64,000 bases of DNA from Eukaryota sp. TZLM1-RC (GCA_040285825.1 JAUPSS010000004.1:1054001-1118000), one strand, 5' to 3'; shown: positions 50,523 to 64,000, counted from the stretch's first letter. Numbers and translations: made by a program. Notes: generated from the sequence alone by a model not told the origin.

Positions 50523-53500
50523 AAAACTAGAACTCAATATCCTCAATACATGCATCAACATCAACAAATCTTTTAAGCGCGCGATTTTCATACTCTATTC
50601 CCAATTGTAACAGTGCTTTGGTCAACATTTCTGGAATTGCTTTAAGAATACTAAAAACAATTCTATTGTGCCAGAAATTGAAGTTCAATTCTTTTACTGC
50701 TCTTTCTTTTATTAAACTTCTGAAACCTTCAAGAAATTTAATGCCAGATATTCCAATGTTACCAAAAAGAGAAACAGCAAATGGAACCAACTGATACTTG
50801 ACATGCTCATTACGTCCTAGCTGAGATAAGGGTTCATTGTATTTTTTGATTTTGCTCTTTTCAGCAAGGCAAAGTGAAGTATTATCTCTTTTAGCAAAGT
50901 CAATTGCTGAGTCTTTACAAACATCAACAGTGACAACATCAACAACTTTAATAACACCATCAGACGCAGGGGTAATTAAATCAGCACGGCGTTTCCCAAA
51001 AGTATTTTCATCTTCATTTTCAGATTACAACCTTTGCACAAGTGGTTCAACAAAAGCTTCAATGTGATGACTTTTGCACTTAGCGTTTAGTTGGTCTCTA
51101 ACAGCATCGTGAACAACTGAGCGATATGTAATATTAAATTTGCAATTAAATAAATGATTCAGATTAATGAGCTGACCACAACGACAAATCAAATCATTTG
51201 GCACACTACATGGCCACAGAAAACACCTCATCCTGAAGGCAGTTGTCCATTGATGATCATTTAATAATAGACCATATACATTTGGAATCTGGGAAATAAG
51301 ACAACTTGAGCTACTATCCTTGAGGTCAATTAAAAAGTTTGCAAAAACGGGATTCTTTTCTTTAGCCAAGCTAAGACGAACAGTGAAATACAAGTTTTCA
51401 AAAACTTTTAATATCTTTTTCTGAAATTTAGCATATGCAAATTTCAAAGAAATCAAACTGCTCGGTGGAATTTCTTGAATATCAGCAGGAAAGCATTTGG
51501 ACCATATTTGAGGAGAGATGCATTCAATATCACTCTGCAAGGACACTAAATAGTCACTAACACAACATTCTATTAAATGCTGGTTTTCTTTTTTTGAGAA
51601 TTTGAAATTTATTTTCAACGCTAACAAAACATTAAACAAAAAACTAAAACTCAATATCCTCAATACATGCATCAACATCATCAAATCTTTTAAGCGCGCG
51701 ATTTTCATACTCTATTCCCAATTGTAACAGTGCTTTGGTCAACATTTCTGGAATTGCTTTAAGAATACTAAAAACAATTCTATTGTGCCAGAAATTGAAG
51801 TTCAATTCTTTTACTGCTCTTTCTTTTATTAAACTTCTGAAACCTTCAAGAAATTTAATGCCAGATATTCCAATGTTACCAAAAAGAGAAACAGCAAATG
51901 GAACCAACTGATACTTGACATGCTCAATACGTCCTAGCTGAGATAAGGGTTCATTGTACTTTTTGATTTTGCTCTTTTCAGCAAAGCAAAGTGGAGTTTC
52001 ATCTCTTTTAGCAAAGTCAATTGCTGAGTCTTTACAAACATCAACAGTGACAACATCAACAACTTTAATAACACCATCAGACGCAGGGGTAATTAAATCA
52101 GCACGGCGTTTCCCAAAAGTATTTTCATCTTCATTTTCAGATTACAACCTTTGCACAAGTGGTTCAACAAAAGCTTCAATGTGATGACTTTTGCACATAG
52201 CGTATAGTTGGTCTCTAACAGCATCGTGAACAACTGAGCGATATGTAATATTAAATTTGCAATTAAATAAATGATTCAGATTAATGAGCTGACCACAACG
52301 ACAAATCAAATCATTTGGCACACTACATGGCCACAGAAAACACCTCATCCTGAAGGCAGTTGTCCATTGATGATCATTTAATAATAGACCATATACATTT
52401 GGAATCTGGGAAATAAGACAACTTGAGCTACTATCCTTGAGGTCAATTAAAAAGTTTGCAAAAACGGGATTCTTTTCTTTAGCCAAGCTAAGACGAACAG
52501 TGAAATCCAAGTTTTCAAAAACTTTTAATATCTTTTTCTGAAATTTAGCATATGCAAATTTCAAAGAAATCAAACTGCTGGGTGGAATTTCTTGAATATC
52601 AGCAGGAAAGCATTTGGACCATATTTGAGGAGAGATGCATTCAATATCACTCTGCAAGGACACTAAATAGTCACTAACACAACATTCTATTAAATGCTGG
52701 TTTTCTTTTTTTGAGAATTTGAAATTTATTTTCAACGCTAACAAAACATTAAACAAAAAACTAAAACTCAATATCCTCAATACATGCATCAACATCATCA
52801 AATCTTTTAAGCGCGCGATTTTCATACTCTATTCCCAATTGTAACAGTGCTTTGGTCAACATTTCTGGAATTGCTTTAAGAATACTAAAAACAATTCTAT
52901 TGTGCCAGAAATTGAAGTTCAATTCTTTTCCTGCTCTTTCTTTTATTAAACTTCTGAAACCTTCAAGAAATTTAATGCCAGATATTCCAATGTTACCAAA
53001 AAGAGAAACAGCAAATGGAACCAACTGATACTTGACATGCTCATTACGTCCTAGCTGAGATAAGGGTTCATTGTATTTTTTGATTTTGCTCTTTTCAGCA
53101 AGGCAAAGTGAAGTATTATCTCTTTTAGCAAAGTCAATTGCTGAGTCTTTACAAACATCAACAGTGACAACATCAACAACTTTAATAACACCATCAGACG
53201 CAGGGGTAATTAAATCAGCACGGCGTTTCCCAAAAGTATTTTCATCTTCATTTTCAGATTACAACCTTCGCACAAGTGGTTCAACAAAAGCTTCAATGTG
53301 ATGACTTTTGCACTTAGCGTTTAGTTGGTCTCTAACAGCATCGTGAACAACTGAGCGATATGTAATATTAAATTTGCAATTAAATAAATGATTCAGATTA
53401 ATGAGCTGACCACAACGACAAATCAAATCATTTGGCACACTACATGGCCACAGAAAACACCTCATCCTGAAGGCAGTTGTCCATTGATGATCATTTAATA

Positions 53501-54320
53501 ATAGACCATATACATTTGGAATCTGGGAAATAAGACAACTTGAGCTACTATCCTTGAGGTCAATTAAAAAGTTTGCAAAAACGGGATTCTTTTCTTTAGC
53601 CAAGCTAAGACGAACAGTGAAATACAAGTTTTCAAAAACTTTTAATATCTTTTTCTGAAATTTAGCATATGCAAATTTCAAAGAAATCAAACTGCTGGGT
53701 GGAATTTCTTGAATATCAGCAGGAAAGCATTTGGACCATATTTGAGGAGAGATGCATTCAATATCACTCTGCAAGGACACTAAATAGTCACTAACACAAC
53801 ATTCTATTAAATGCTGGTTTTTCTTTTTTTGAGAATTTGAAATTTATTTTCAACGCTAACAAAACATTAAACAAAAAACTAAAACTCAATATCCTCAATA
53901 CATGCATCAACATCATCAAATCTTTTAAGCGCGCGATTTTCATACTCTATTCCCAATTGTAACAGTGCTTTGGTCAACATTTCTGGAATTGCTTTAAGAA
54001 TACTAAAAACAATTCGATTGTGCCAGAAATTGAAGTTCAATTCTTTTCCTGCTCTTTCTTTTATTAAACTTCTGAAACCTTCAAGAAATTTAATGCCAGA
54101 TATTCCAATGTTACCAAAAAGAGAAACAGCAAATGGAACCAACTGATACTTGACATGCTCAACACGTCCTAGCTGAGATAAGCGTTCATTGTACTTTTTG
54201 ATTTTGTTCTTTTCAGCAAAGCAAAGTGGAGTTTCATCTCTTTTAGCAAAATCAATTGCTGAGTCTTTACAAACATCAACAGTGACAACATCAACAACTT
54301 TAATAACACCATCAGACCCA
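50521..54320 (-). repeat. Tandem array, about 3.4 copies of a 1117-1118 bp family D 3' fragment
   Basis: ORF ends at 50527, 51644, 52761 and 53879; shared in-frame TAA after PLV(Q/R)RL. Confidence 0.95.
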
Positions 54321-54812
54321 GGGTTTTCCATTTCCCAGGGTTTGCTGGTTTTCAGGAAAACGTTTCAAAAATTCAAAAACGAAATTTTTTCCTCCACCGA
54401 TGAATGCAGCTTTACACAAATATCTTGATTTATGAAAATCCAGGCCTCCCAATTCTGTGCTACAAAAAATATGACTACGTAAAAAAAAGAATCAATATCA
54501 AGCAAATTAGCCAAAAATTTTGTTCTTAATTCATTAAAAATTCTGCAAAATTCGAGAGAAGTTTTTTTTTGAAAAATTTTAATTTATTATTAAACTACAG
54601 TCTAAAAATCAATATCTTCAAAACAAGCTTCCACACCATCAAACCTCACAACAGCAATTTCTTCGTAATGTGCACTGACAGACATCAAAGCTTTCGAAAT
54701 CATTTTAGGAATTGATTTGAAAATAGTAAAAACATTACGATTTAGCCACAAGCGACGATCAAAACGCTTATTCATTCTTCTTTTCACAAGATTTTCAAAA
54801 TCATCAATAAAA
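54320..54812 (-). mobile_element. Degenerate internal non-LTR fragment followed by a family E 3' fragment (54563-54812)
   Basis: First part resembles the AF.GG..NF..EF region; ORF 54602-54841 ends FEDIDF. Confidence 0.75.
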
Positions 54813-56878
54813 TTTTTTTTATTAATTTTAATTTTATTCAAAACCTACTAATCAACATCTAAAAAATCCATCTCTCCCAAAACAAAAACACTAGATGCAA
54901 CTCTCTCATAGTGAGATCCAAGAGAAAGCAAAGCATCAGAAACCATCTTCAACATCCCCTTAAAAATAGAAAACACAATTCTATTTTGCCAAAACAATCT
55001 GTTGAAATTTCTGCTAGTTCTTCTCTTTTCAATCATTTCAAAATCATCCAAAAAACGTAAAGCAGTTGGTGCAAGTGAACCAAAAAGGGAAAATACAAAT
55101 GGATACAAATTGTATTTTGCATGCTGTAGACTGGCCAATTTGGACAAAGGTTCATTGTATTTTTTGAATTTGAAATTTTCAGCATTTGAAAGAGGATTAT
55201 GAATTTCAGAATTAACAAGCCTTTCATTTGAGGCATTACAAGGATCAACAGACATTACATCCAATAAAATGAAGCTTCCATCTAATCCAGGTAATATAAC
55301 ATCACCTCTATTATTCTTATGAAAATCATCTTCAGCATCAAACAGATTTGACAACAGAGGTTCCAAGAAGGATTCAATTCTATGAGATTTACACATACAA
55401 TATAAATGGTCTCTTACAGCATCATGAACCTTGCTTCTAAAAGTAATCAAATGTTTACAATTTAACAAATGAGTAATTGTAATTTCTCGAGAACATTTAC
55501 AAATTAAAATTATGAGGTAAATTATCAGGCCACATAAAGGAACGAAATCTCATATTCAGAGTCCAAGCAGAATCAGTTAAGAGAGTACCGTAAACTTGGG
55601 GAATTGTTGTTACTAAGGCAGAAGAAGTACTGTCACACATATTTTGTAAAAGATTTGCAAAAGCGGCATTCTTTTTCTTGGCCAAGCCAAGTCTAACATC
55701 AAAATCCAAGCTTTCAAAAATCTTTGACAAATTTTGTTGAAGCTTTTTACAGCAAAACTGTAAATTAAAAAGAGATCGGTTTGGAATTTCTTGAATTGAT
55801 TGAGGAAAACATTTGGTCCAAATTTGTGGCGGCAATTTTTCAAGTTCACAAGATAACTCATACCAATATTTACTGCAACTGGGAACTAACAGATGAGAAT
55901 CATCAGGAAATCTACGAGAAAACTCATAAATAAAATTTTTGCCACCACCCAAGAATGCTGATTGACACAAAATTGAAGATTTTGTAAATCCAATACCACC
56001 CAAATTTGCTGAAGAAAATAAGTGACTTTTCAACATTCCTGGTTCTACATCCAATAAATCAGCAAAAAATTCTGTTCTCAATGAATTAAATGAACGACAA
56101 AAATCTAATGCTATGGAAGGAGCACATGATCTCAAAATGTGGGTTATTCTCCCAGTGTAGCAAATTTTAAGCATGAAAAATTTAATATGCTTTTCTATAT
56201 CTAAAGAAGAAATTGATTCAAGTTCAATTTTCATTTTTTCCAAAATAACTTGTAATTCATTCTGAATTTGAGGCACGTTTCCTAACCAACAACCAAGGAA
56301 CTTAAAAACATCACTAGTAGGTTCAGTAACAGTGACGCTTGTTTGGAGGATATTGAATTCTAGATGGTTATTTTTATCTCAATAAATATTCCAGTTTTTT
56401 AAAAAAAACATCACTACTATAATTAGTAAAAGGGACAATAGAATCGTTTATCACGAGGTCTTGAGCAGAAGAGCCAAACAGAAGACATTTGCTGGCATTA
56501 AGATGAAGCCCAATATTTTCATATGAAACGGCAATTTCTTGAGCAACCAAATCTAGTAAATCAAATGAACCAATCAAGGATATATCATCCATATAAGCAA
56601 CTATTTTTATAGAAGGGTATTTTTGCTTAATGATATTTAAAGTTTTGTGAATAGCTAAACAAAACAATGACGGGCCTAAAGGATCACCTTGCTTCACACC
56701 AGAAGATGATTTAAGACCAAAGCTTGGTCTGACTGGTAGAATCTTTACTCGGGCGTTCCAATCAGTATCAGAGTCACTATCAGCCAATGGCATCGTTTTG
56801 ACAGAGAAACAGTACGACTTTGACGCCTTGACAGAAAGTGAAATATGAGAGGGTTGACTAAGGGAGGGAGAAAAAAAA
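54813..56878 (-). mobile_element. Internally deleted element: intact 5' end joined to the family A RT-to-3' portion; contains a 92-nt antisense family F insertion (56317-56408)
   Basis: 5' UTR + MPLADSDSDTDW (homologous to family B) jumps to GLKSSSGVKQGD at tggtc; catcacta TSD around the F insert. Confidence 0.88.
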
Positions 56879-56889
56879 GTAAAAAAAAA

Positions 56890-57540
56890 AGTATTCTTAA
56901 AGCAATTCCAGAAATGTTGACCAAAGCACTGTTACAATTAGGAATAGAGTATGAAAATCGCGCGCTGAAAAGATTTGATGATGTTGATGCGTGTATTGAG
57001 GATATTGAGTTCTAGTTTTTTGTTCAGTAATTTTTAACCGAGTTTCAACAAAAGCTAAAGAATACTTTTCTCCATTCCAATATGGAATCAAAACCATAGA
57101 TGGAGCTTCAGTTGCGGCTTTGACATCTGATCTATTTTTCAATTGTCACGAAAATAGTTGCATTTTTAATCTTGATTTCAAAAATGCTTTCAATTCAGTG
57201 AAAAGTGATTCAATTTGGAAAGAAATCAAATCAAATTTTCCTGAACTCGAAACCTTTTTTTATAGGTTTTATGGTAATTCATCTGATTTAATTTTTAATT
57301 CTTTTAATCTTGATTCTTTATCAGGAGTTAAACAAGGAGACCCTTTAGGTCCTTTCTTTTTTTGTCTTGCAATTCACCCAATTTTGAAAAAATTAAAAGA
57401 AGAAAATTCTGACCTTCAAGTGGTAGCCTACATGGATGACATTTCTTGTATTGGTCCAGAAAGTACAATTAATAGGGTTGCTAATGAAGCTGCTACATTT
57501 TACCAATCCATAGGTCTTGAATTGATGTTCAAAAATGTTT
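56890..57540 (+). mobile_element. Family D 3' end / RT chimera, inverted duplicate of 50025-50655
   Basis: Same junction gagttctagttttttgttcagtaatttttaaccg. Confidence 0.88.
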
Positions 57541-57544
57541 TTGT

Positions 57545-57782
57545 ATTTCTTTTTTTTGAAAAATTTTAATTTATCATTAAACTACAGTCTAAAAGTCAAT
57601 ATCTTCAAAACAAGCTTCCACACCATCAAACCTCACAACAGCAATTTCTTCGGAATGTGCACTGACAGACATCAAAGCTTTTCAAAACGAGGTAAGCAAT
57701 TAATAATGGCAAATCGAATCCGAGAGCGCCATAAAAAATATCAAATCTTTTATTGTTACTTAAACATTGTTAATCAAATAGT
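57545..57782 (-). mobile_element. Family E 3' fragment plus diverged family C fragment
   Basis: Matches 41960-42090 and 36340-36425. Confidence 0.75.
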
Positions 57783-57794
57783 GATGGTCTTGGC

Positions 57795-57935
57795 TGTTGG
57801 TTATTGTCTGACATACAATGTAGAGTAACAGAAGTGTAATTTATTACGAAGAGGAATTGTATTCACTCTTCTTAAGCTAACAGGCGGAATACTAATAACT
57901 AAACTATTAACTATAAATACTATTCAAGACTAACA
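57795..57935 (-). repeat. 3' LTR (141 bp), preceded by a polypurine tract at 57936-57954
   Basis: gaaagagaggaaaaggcag then TGTTAG..AATAAA..CCAACA. Confidence 0.75.
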
Positions 57936-57959
57936 CTGCCTTTTCCTCTCTTTCGAGCG

Positions 57960-60900
57960 ACGAGCCTTGGAAGCTCTAGTCACAGGAGGTGAACTAATAG
58001 AATTATTACGCTTCTTGGGAGGAGCGGATTTAGTACGGCGACGTGCTTTGGAAGTCTTGATAAAGTCTTTATACGCGGCAGTATTTTGGACTGTAGACAC
58101 GTGCTCAGTGGTGATCTCTTTTCCTGGCTATTGCACTTGGCAAAAGTCACCTTCCTGGCTGAGCACTTATTCAATGATGTGTTCTTCGACATCACCTGCA
58201 GCGACCCAGGAGTGGAACTCATCGTTGGTGGGCAAGCTGGAGTGCCAGGGAGCTAAGTGTTTGACGCTAGCTTGGACAATCGTACCTGTGCAGAGATTCT
58301 TAATATTCACAGACGAATTGGATACGATTTCAGTAATTAGGAAGGGTCCTAAATAGTCTCCATGAAGCTTAGCGGAAGAGCCAGATGCTCTCAATACCAA
58401 TTGACCAACTTCAAAGGGGTTTGGAGTTGACGATCTAGTTAGCTTGGAAGCTTTGGAAGCTTGATGGTGTGCTGCCTTTTCCTGTTTCTCTTTCAATCTT
58501 CGAAATTTAGATTGAATTTCTTGAATAAAACATGACTCAGACGTCGAGCTTTCAATGATTTCAAGAATTTTGCCAGGGTCTGATCTGGGAGACACATCAG
58601 AGCCAAAGATCACTTGGTATGGAGTGTGGTTGGTTATTGAGCTCTTGGAAGAGTTGATCAATAATTGCACATAAGGCAAGTATTCAGACCACACATCGTA
58701 GGCATTGAAGTCTACGAGCAATTTCCGTAGGTTTTGCAGGATGTCTCTGTGTCGGCGCTCTACCAGGCCGTTGGACGGGGAAAACCTAGGTATTGACTTT
58801 GACACCTCTATGCCCAAAAATTTGCTTAATTCGTCAAAGACAGCCTTGGAAAATTCGGGTCCATTATCGCTGTGGATTTGAAATGGAATACCAAAGATGG
58901 CACAGACTTTCCAAATTAATGCATCTGCAGTAAGATTGGCATTTATCTCTTTTAAAGGCACGATGATCGTGAACCTAGAGAAGCTGTCGATAAATACGAG
59001 GATGTATTTGTAGCCTTCTTGATCTTCTGGAAGAGGACCAATGACGTCGGCGTTGACGCGAGCAAAAGGTCTGTCAGCCCACAATGAACCGGTTGGGGGA
59101 ACATGCAGTTTGGGAACTGGCTTTGTTTTCTGACAGGAGGGCATTCTTGGACGTGCTTATTCATGTCGGTGAGCATGTTTGGCCACCAATAATCGCTGTT
59201 CCTGAGCTTGTTCAGGCTTTCAGCTTTGCTTGGGTGACCTCCTTGCAGAAGTCCATGCAACAAGTTAAGGGTGTCCTTAATGAGTGATTTGGGAATCACT
59301 ATCTTGTTGTCGTGAGTCATATATAAATCAAGATGATTGTTATGAACACAGTTGTTGAAAGAGGGGTCTTTGGAAGCTATGGCAAGCTTCTGTTCGGACC
59401 TAATCCTACAGAGCCATGGCTCGAAAATAGGCAGGTCGTTGGAACATCGTTCTCTGATGACCATGATACGTTCGAAGTTGTTTAAGTCTTCGATGTAGTA
59501 TCTTTCATTTTCTGTTCCATCAATTTTATCAATGTAAAATATTGGATGAAAATTTGGAGGCATTTGATGGGACAAATGATTGATCTCTTGATGGTCTATA
59601 GGCGGAACTATTCGAGACAACATATCAGCCCAGAAGTTATCTTCCCCTTTGGTATGTACTAAATCAAAGCAGAATTCAGAGAATATGGGTAACCATCTTG
59701 TTACAATTCTGTTCTTCTCAGGAGCCGTGAACATGTAGGTAAGGTTTTGATGGTCTGTGAATATGACCAGTTTCCTTCCTTTTAAGTAGTTTTCAAAACC
59801 ACTTTGAGTTAACATGAGTAGGATAGCGTAGAGTTCCTTTTGGTTAGTCGGCCAGTTCTTTTGCGAGTTGGTTAACAACCGGCTGAAGAAGCTGATAGGC
59901 CTACATTTCCTATTGATCAGGGGGGTACCGGGGTCGTCGACATGTTCGATTTGTTCCCATATGACGCCGCCTACAGCAATGTCGGATGCATCGCAACTAA
60001 TTAAAATTTGGTTTTCCTGCGGAGGTAGGCTGAGCGGCATGTGTTTCGCTATCAGTTGTTTGATCTTTTTGAAGGAGTCCGTCGTGCATGTCGGTCCATT
60101 GAAGGCGTTGCGCGCGGGGTTTGGGTTTAACTTTGGAGTTATTTCCATCCTTCTTAGTCAATCTGATGATAGGAGCGATGAGCTCAGATACCTGAGGAAG
60201 CCATTCTCTAATGAAGTTGACTGATCCTACGAGGCTGCGGACGTCTTTGATTGTCTTTGGTCTAGGTAGATTCAGCAAAGATTCAACGCGAGTGGGATCG
60301 ATAGTCCGTTGCTTGTTTTGGAAAACACTGCCCAGTATCTTGATTGGGTGTCTGGAAGACACGAAATGGCACTTTGGAAGTCCCAAGGAAACTCTTTTGC
60401 ATCTGGCTTGATCAAGGACGCGACGGAGGCGTTCAATGAATTCGTCAAAGGTTGAACCTATGATTATGATGTCATCTATGTAAATGAAGACACCGTCTCC
60501 AGAGAAGATGTCAGCCATGACGTTTTGGAAAACGGCTGGGACATTCTTTAGGCCAAAAGCTGCACGTTTGAACATGATACTTTTGCCAGGAATGCTCAGG
60601 GCTGTTTTCTGCCAATCCTTTTCAGCAATCTTGAGTTGCCAGAAGGCTTTGGGGAGGTCAAGGGTGCCTATGTAGTTCGTTTGGGAGAGAAATACCAGCA
60701 CGTCGGAGATCCTTGGAAGGTTGGGCTCAACAGGAATGGTGTTGGCGTTGACTCCGTCCTTGCCACTATAGTCACCGGTAAGGCGGGGCTTACGGTGATC
60801 TGGGTAGACCACTAGACAGACAGGGGAGCTGAACTCATGGTTCGATGGGACAGCAAATCCTGAGTCTACGAGTTCGTCGAAAATTTGGTTAGCGACCTCT

Positions 60901-63900
60901 AACCTGGCTGGATTCAGGGTCCTGGGGGGTCTTCTAACTCTGACGTCTTCGTTGTAGAAGTTGATTTCCATGGGAGGGCAATCAATACCTTCAGCATGAG
61001 GCTTGAGGGTAAATACGTCTTCGAACTCTTTCAAAGTTTGAAGTAGGGACTTCTTGAAATGGTTGTTGTCGAGGTTGATGGTACAACCAGATGAGTTGAT
61101 GTGTTCCAACCAACGTGTGGAAACGTTGACGACTTCTGAAGCTTGCGATATTCGATGGTCGAATTCGGCTTCAGGTAATAGTAATGTGCGACAGGCGTCG
61201 TCCATTCTAATATAAATGCCCTTGTTGTTCATCAGCCCAAGGTGACTCAACAAGTCAGCACCAATGAGAATGGTCTCATGTCCAGGAACGATGCTGAACT
61301 TGTGTTTCACGTGTACAATCTGGGTAACACTACCTAGTCTAATGCTAAGGGTTCCAGAAGCAGTACCAAGGGACTGTGAGGTAGTTCCATCAGCAATCTT
61401 GTATGAAATGGTTTCGTTGGAACGTGCCATGTTACAATTACTGATGACGTCTTCCGTGACTACTGAGCATGTTGCACCAGAGTCAATTATGCCTTTAACT
61501 TCGACATTGTTGATCAGGAAGTTTAATTGTAGGCAGTTGTGATTCATGGATTGTACCATAAAAATTGTATCAGAATCATGTCCATTTAAGTCGGCTTGTT
61601 CTGAGAAGAAGTGAGCCTGACTGTTGAGTGTCTTGGTAGGTTCCAAGTTGGCAAGTGGATTGATAAGAGAATCTTTCCATGCTGAACTTTCTGTGTGTAG
61701 TTGTGTTGTTGTTGTAGGGGGTATGGTTTCTAAAGTACATAAATAGTGACGGGAACGTTTATTGTAAGAAGAGCCTCTGCCTCTGCCGCGAGTACCTCTT
61801 CGACTACGGAAACCAGAACCTCTAGAACTTCTACCTCGAGCTTGTTGTTGAGCTTGTTGCTCTCTCCACTTCTTGCTCCTTTGGCAGTCTTCGCTGGGAC
61901 ACCTTTCGGTCGGATGGCCCTTTTTCTTACAGAAGTTGCATTGGACATCAGCGGCCTGGGAAGACGATTGTGGTAGGCTTCCTCCTCTCTTACTTTGTTT
62001 TGGGCGTTTACCTGGACCAGAACCTCGTGGTCTGGGGATGTCAGGTGGGGAGGAACGACCGTGGGAGGTCGGCGAGAGGCCTGCTGATGAGTTAATTGGT
62101 TCTGATAGGTGAAATCGACATGGTTCAGTTGTTCCATGAACGATCTGGCGTTACAGAAATTCTCGTATTCAATTTGAAGAACACTAAAAGAATTCGCCAA
62201 GGGTGTGCCCATCGCATGAGTAGTGGGAGGGAGAGGACCAGATCCTGAGGAGTCTGTCTCTGATAGGGATAATTCCTACGCTTTCTAAGACATGAGTAGC
62301 AACTACCCAGTCTGGAAGTCTATCAGCTGGAGGAGTGGAGCTTATGGAGAATGTTCTCAATTGTTGAGAGATGCCCCTAAACTCTTGGATGGCGGTGGAG
62401 CGAGTCAAAACTCTGCCGATGTTGACCATGAAGTCAATCCATCTATTGCCATAATCTCTTTCCGACCAGTCCATGTTGGTTGCGAGGAGAGCTCGATTAG
62501 CCTCATCCAGTCTGCTGAATTGGGTTCTTCTTAGAATTTGAGCCCAAATGATGCGTTCATCTCTTGAGGTAGGAACCGTGGGAGAAGAGATAGCTAGGTG
62601 AGCACCTTGGTATCGTAGCGCATTTAACACCTCGGGGGTGACACATTCAGCGAGGCCTCGGGGGTTGATCCTCATGGCTTGACGGAACAAGTCCCATTCG
62701 TGAACTGGTTCTCCAGTGATGTTACCAAAATACTCATCGATCGATGGTTGGGAACCTTCTCTAGCTAGTTCTAATTCTTCACGTAGTCTGGCAACTTCGT
62801 TAGCTAGAGCTATCTGGGCTGGATCCTCAACATTACCTCTCGTTTCTCTTAGGACTCGGTCGGTACGACTCCAGAGAATGAATTTGTTGACAAACTTTAG
62901 GAGTTTATCAGCGTCTCTCAAATCAGAAGCTTCAAGATATGGGCGTTTAGGACGGTCCCTACGTCTGTCATCTCGATCTCTTGATCCAATCATTGAAGAG
63001 AGGAGAAGGCTACTTTCGTATGTGCCCGAGAAGGGTGAATGATGTGAGGAAATGGAGGATGTTGAACCTGTTGTGGAAGGTGTAGGTAGGGGTTGAGGAG
63101 CTCGACTAACGGGAGTGATGGGAGCAGGTACCGCATCAGAAGATGTGGTGGGGGTGGGTGATTCACTGCTCACAGTGACAACGTCGTCGTCAGCTTGTTC
63201 CATAGCAGATTGGTTGGGGTTAGAGGTTTCCGTGACAGGAAATGAATCAGTTTCCATGGGAGGTTGTGGTGATTCAGGAGGTTGAGCGGAGGAAGATGGA
63301 GCTTCACTCTGTTGAGGTTCAGGGGAAGGTACTGTCTCTTCGATCTGGGCTGGAACCTGATAAGAAGAGATCGCTGGTTGAACCAAGCGTGTTTTCTCTA
63401 TACGACCTTCTACCATTACCCACTTTAACATCCTGGATTCTATGCATCCAGGGAAAACGGTGACGAGCTGGAGGGCTCTTTGAAGATTGCCAGATCTTCT
63501 GTGGTCGGGACCACAATATGACGCTATATGATCAGGACGTCTATCATATAGAAAGAGTCTTTCACCATATGTGGTTTCGGTAAACCACCACCCTGTTCTA
63601 TAATCTCTGTCGATAAGGATATCGAGAGATGCGTTGTACCCAGGGCTGAACCTAGGGTATGGGCAAGGGTTGTGAACGTTTATGAAGAGGTTGTCTTCAT
63701 CTCCAGCGAAGCGTCTGAATACTCCTTCTCGAGTAGTTCTCATGAACCTAACTCCGGGTCTTGGTTCATAAGTTGGTTCAGGGTCATTCCTGGAGGTTTC
63801 TGGGGTGATCCTTTCATCGGAAAGAAATGGACCAATTCTGGGAGAGATCCATATTCCTAAGTCGTTCTCGACTTTGGGGCCGTAGAAAGGAGGACGCTTG

Positions 63901-63908
63901 TTGCTCAT
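57960..63908 (-). pseudogene. gag-pol polyprotein, probably one ORF originally, now broken near 62200, 62000, 60140 and 59135 with stops in the chromodomain-like region
   Basis: The zinc-knuckle frame runs without a stop into ORF 59997-61646; ORF pieces overlap in shifted frames. Confidence 0.85.
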
Positions 63909-64000
63909 CTCCGTGGGAGGGATGGCCTCTGGGTCCTCTGGAATGACTCGTGTGTCCCTATATCTAGCGTAAGGGTTGTGCTGGCGGGAAGCACCATGAT

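Larger units (their letters stand above)
57795..64000 (-). mobile_element. Ty3/Gypsy LTR retrotransposon with chromodomain-like tail; 5' LTR lies outside the window
   Basis: Order gag (CNFCKKKGHPTERC knuckle near 61900-61940), PR (IIDSGA), RT (YIDD), RNase H (DASD), IN (DVIGPL, SDNG, VER); several frameshifts. Confidence 0.95.

Noticed and set aside
51025-53261. In-frame TAA conserved in three family D copies, plus other TAA/TGA codons in elements, suggesting stop-codon reassignment
   Set aside because: The copies are tandem duplicates of one mutant. A related copy (about 22620) has TCA there, and host genes end normally in TAA, TAG and TGA.

Overview
AT-rich eukaryotic (protist-like; intron architecture is metamonad-like, inferred) DNA in which a few host genes sit between dense piles of retroelements. 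Host genes: a TKL-type kinase with Sel1-like repeats, eIF2-alpha (35-nt intron), beta-tubulin (31-nt intron), TRM5, two RCC1-repeat/LRR-like paralogs and one low-complexity ORF. Roughly half the window is fragments of at least eight distinct CRE/Cnl1/MoTeR-like non-LTR families (RT plus C-terminal restriction-like endonuclease, very short 3' UTR with AATAAA and poly(A)). I label them by C-terminus: A (FLDVDL), B (FEDVEF), C (EEILVQ), D (CIEDIEF), E (LEDIDF), F (SDACLEDIEF), G (LVSYVF), H (FEEIDF). They insert into one another with unrelated 8-15 bp target-site duplications, sometimes as tails of only 30-90 nt. They also form microhomology-joined multi-family mosaics. Two such tracts were amplified into tandem arrays (3050-bp and 1117-bp units), each bracketed by an inverted duplicate pair. 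One near-intact 3.4-kb family B element is present. The right end holds a Ty3/Gypsy element with a 141-bp LTR. Other items: a Fanzor-like (TnpB-type RuvC) C-terminal remnant cut by an LTR, LTR/gag remnants, and orphan tRNA 3' halves. All alignments and coordinates were done by eye; many frameshifts fall in homopolymers and may be assembly errors.
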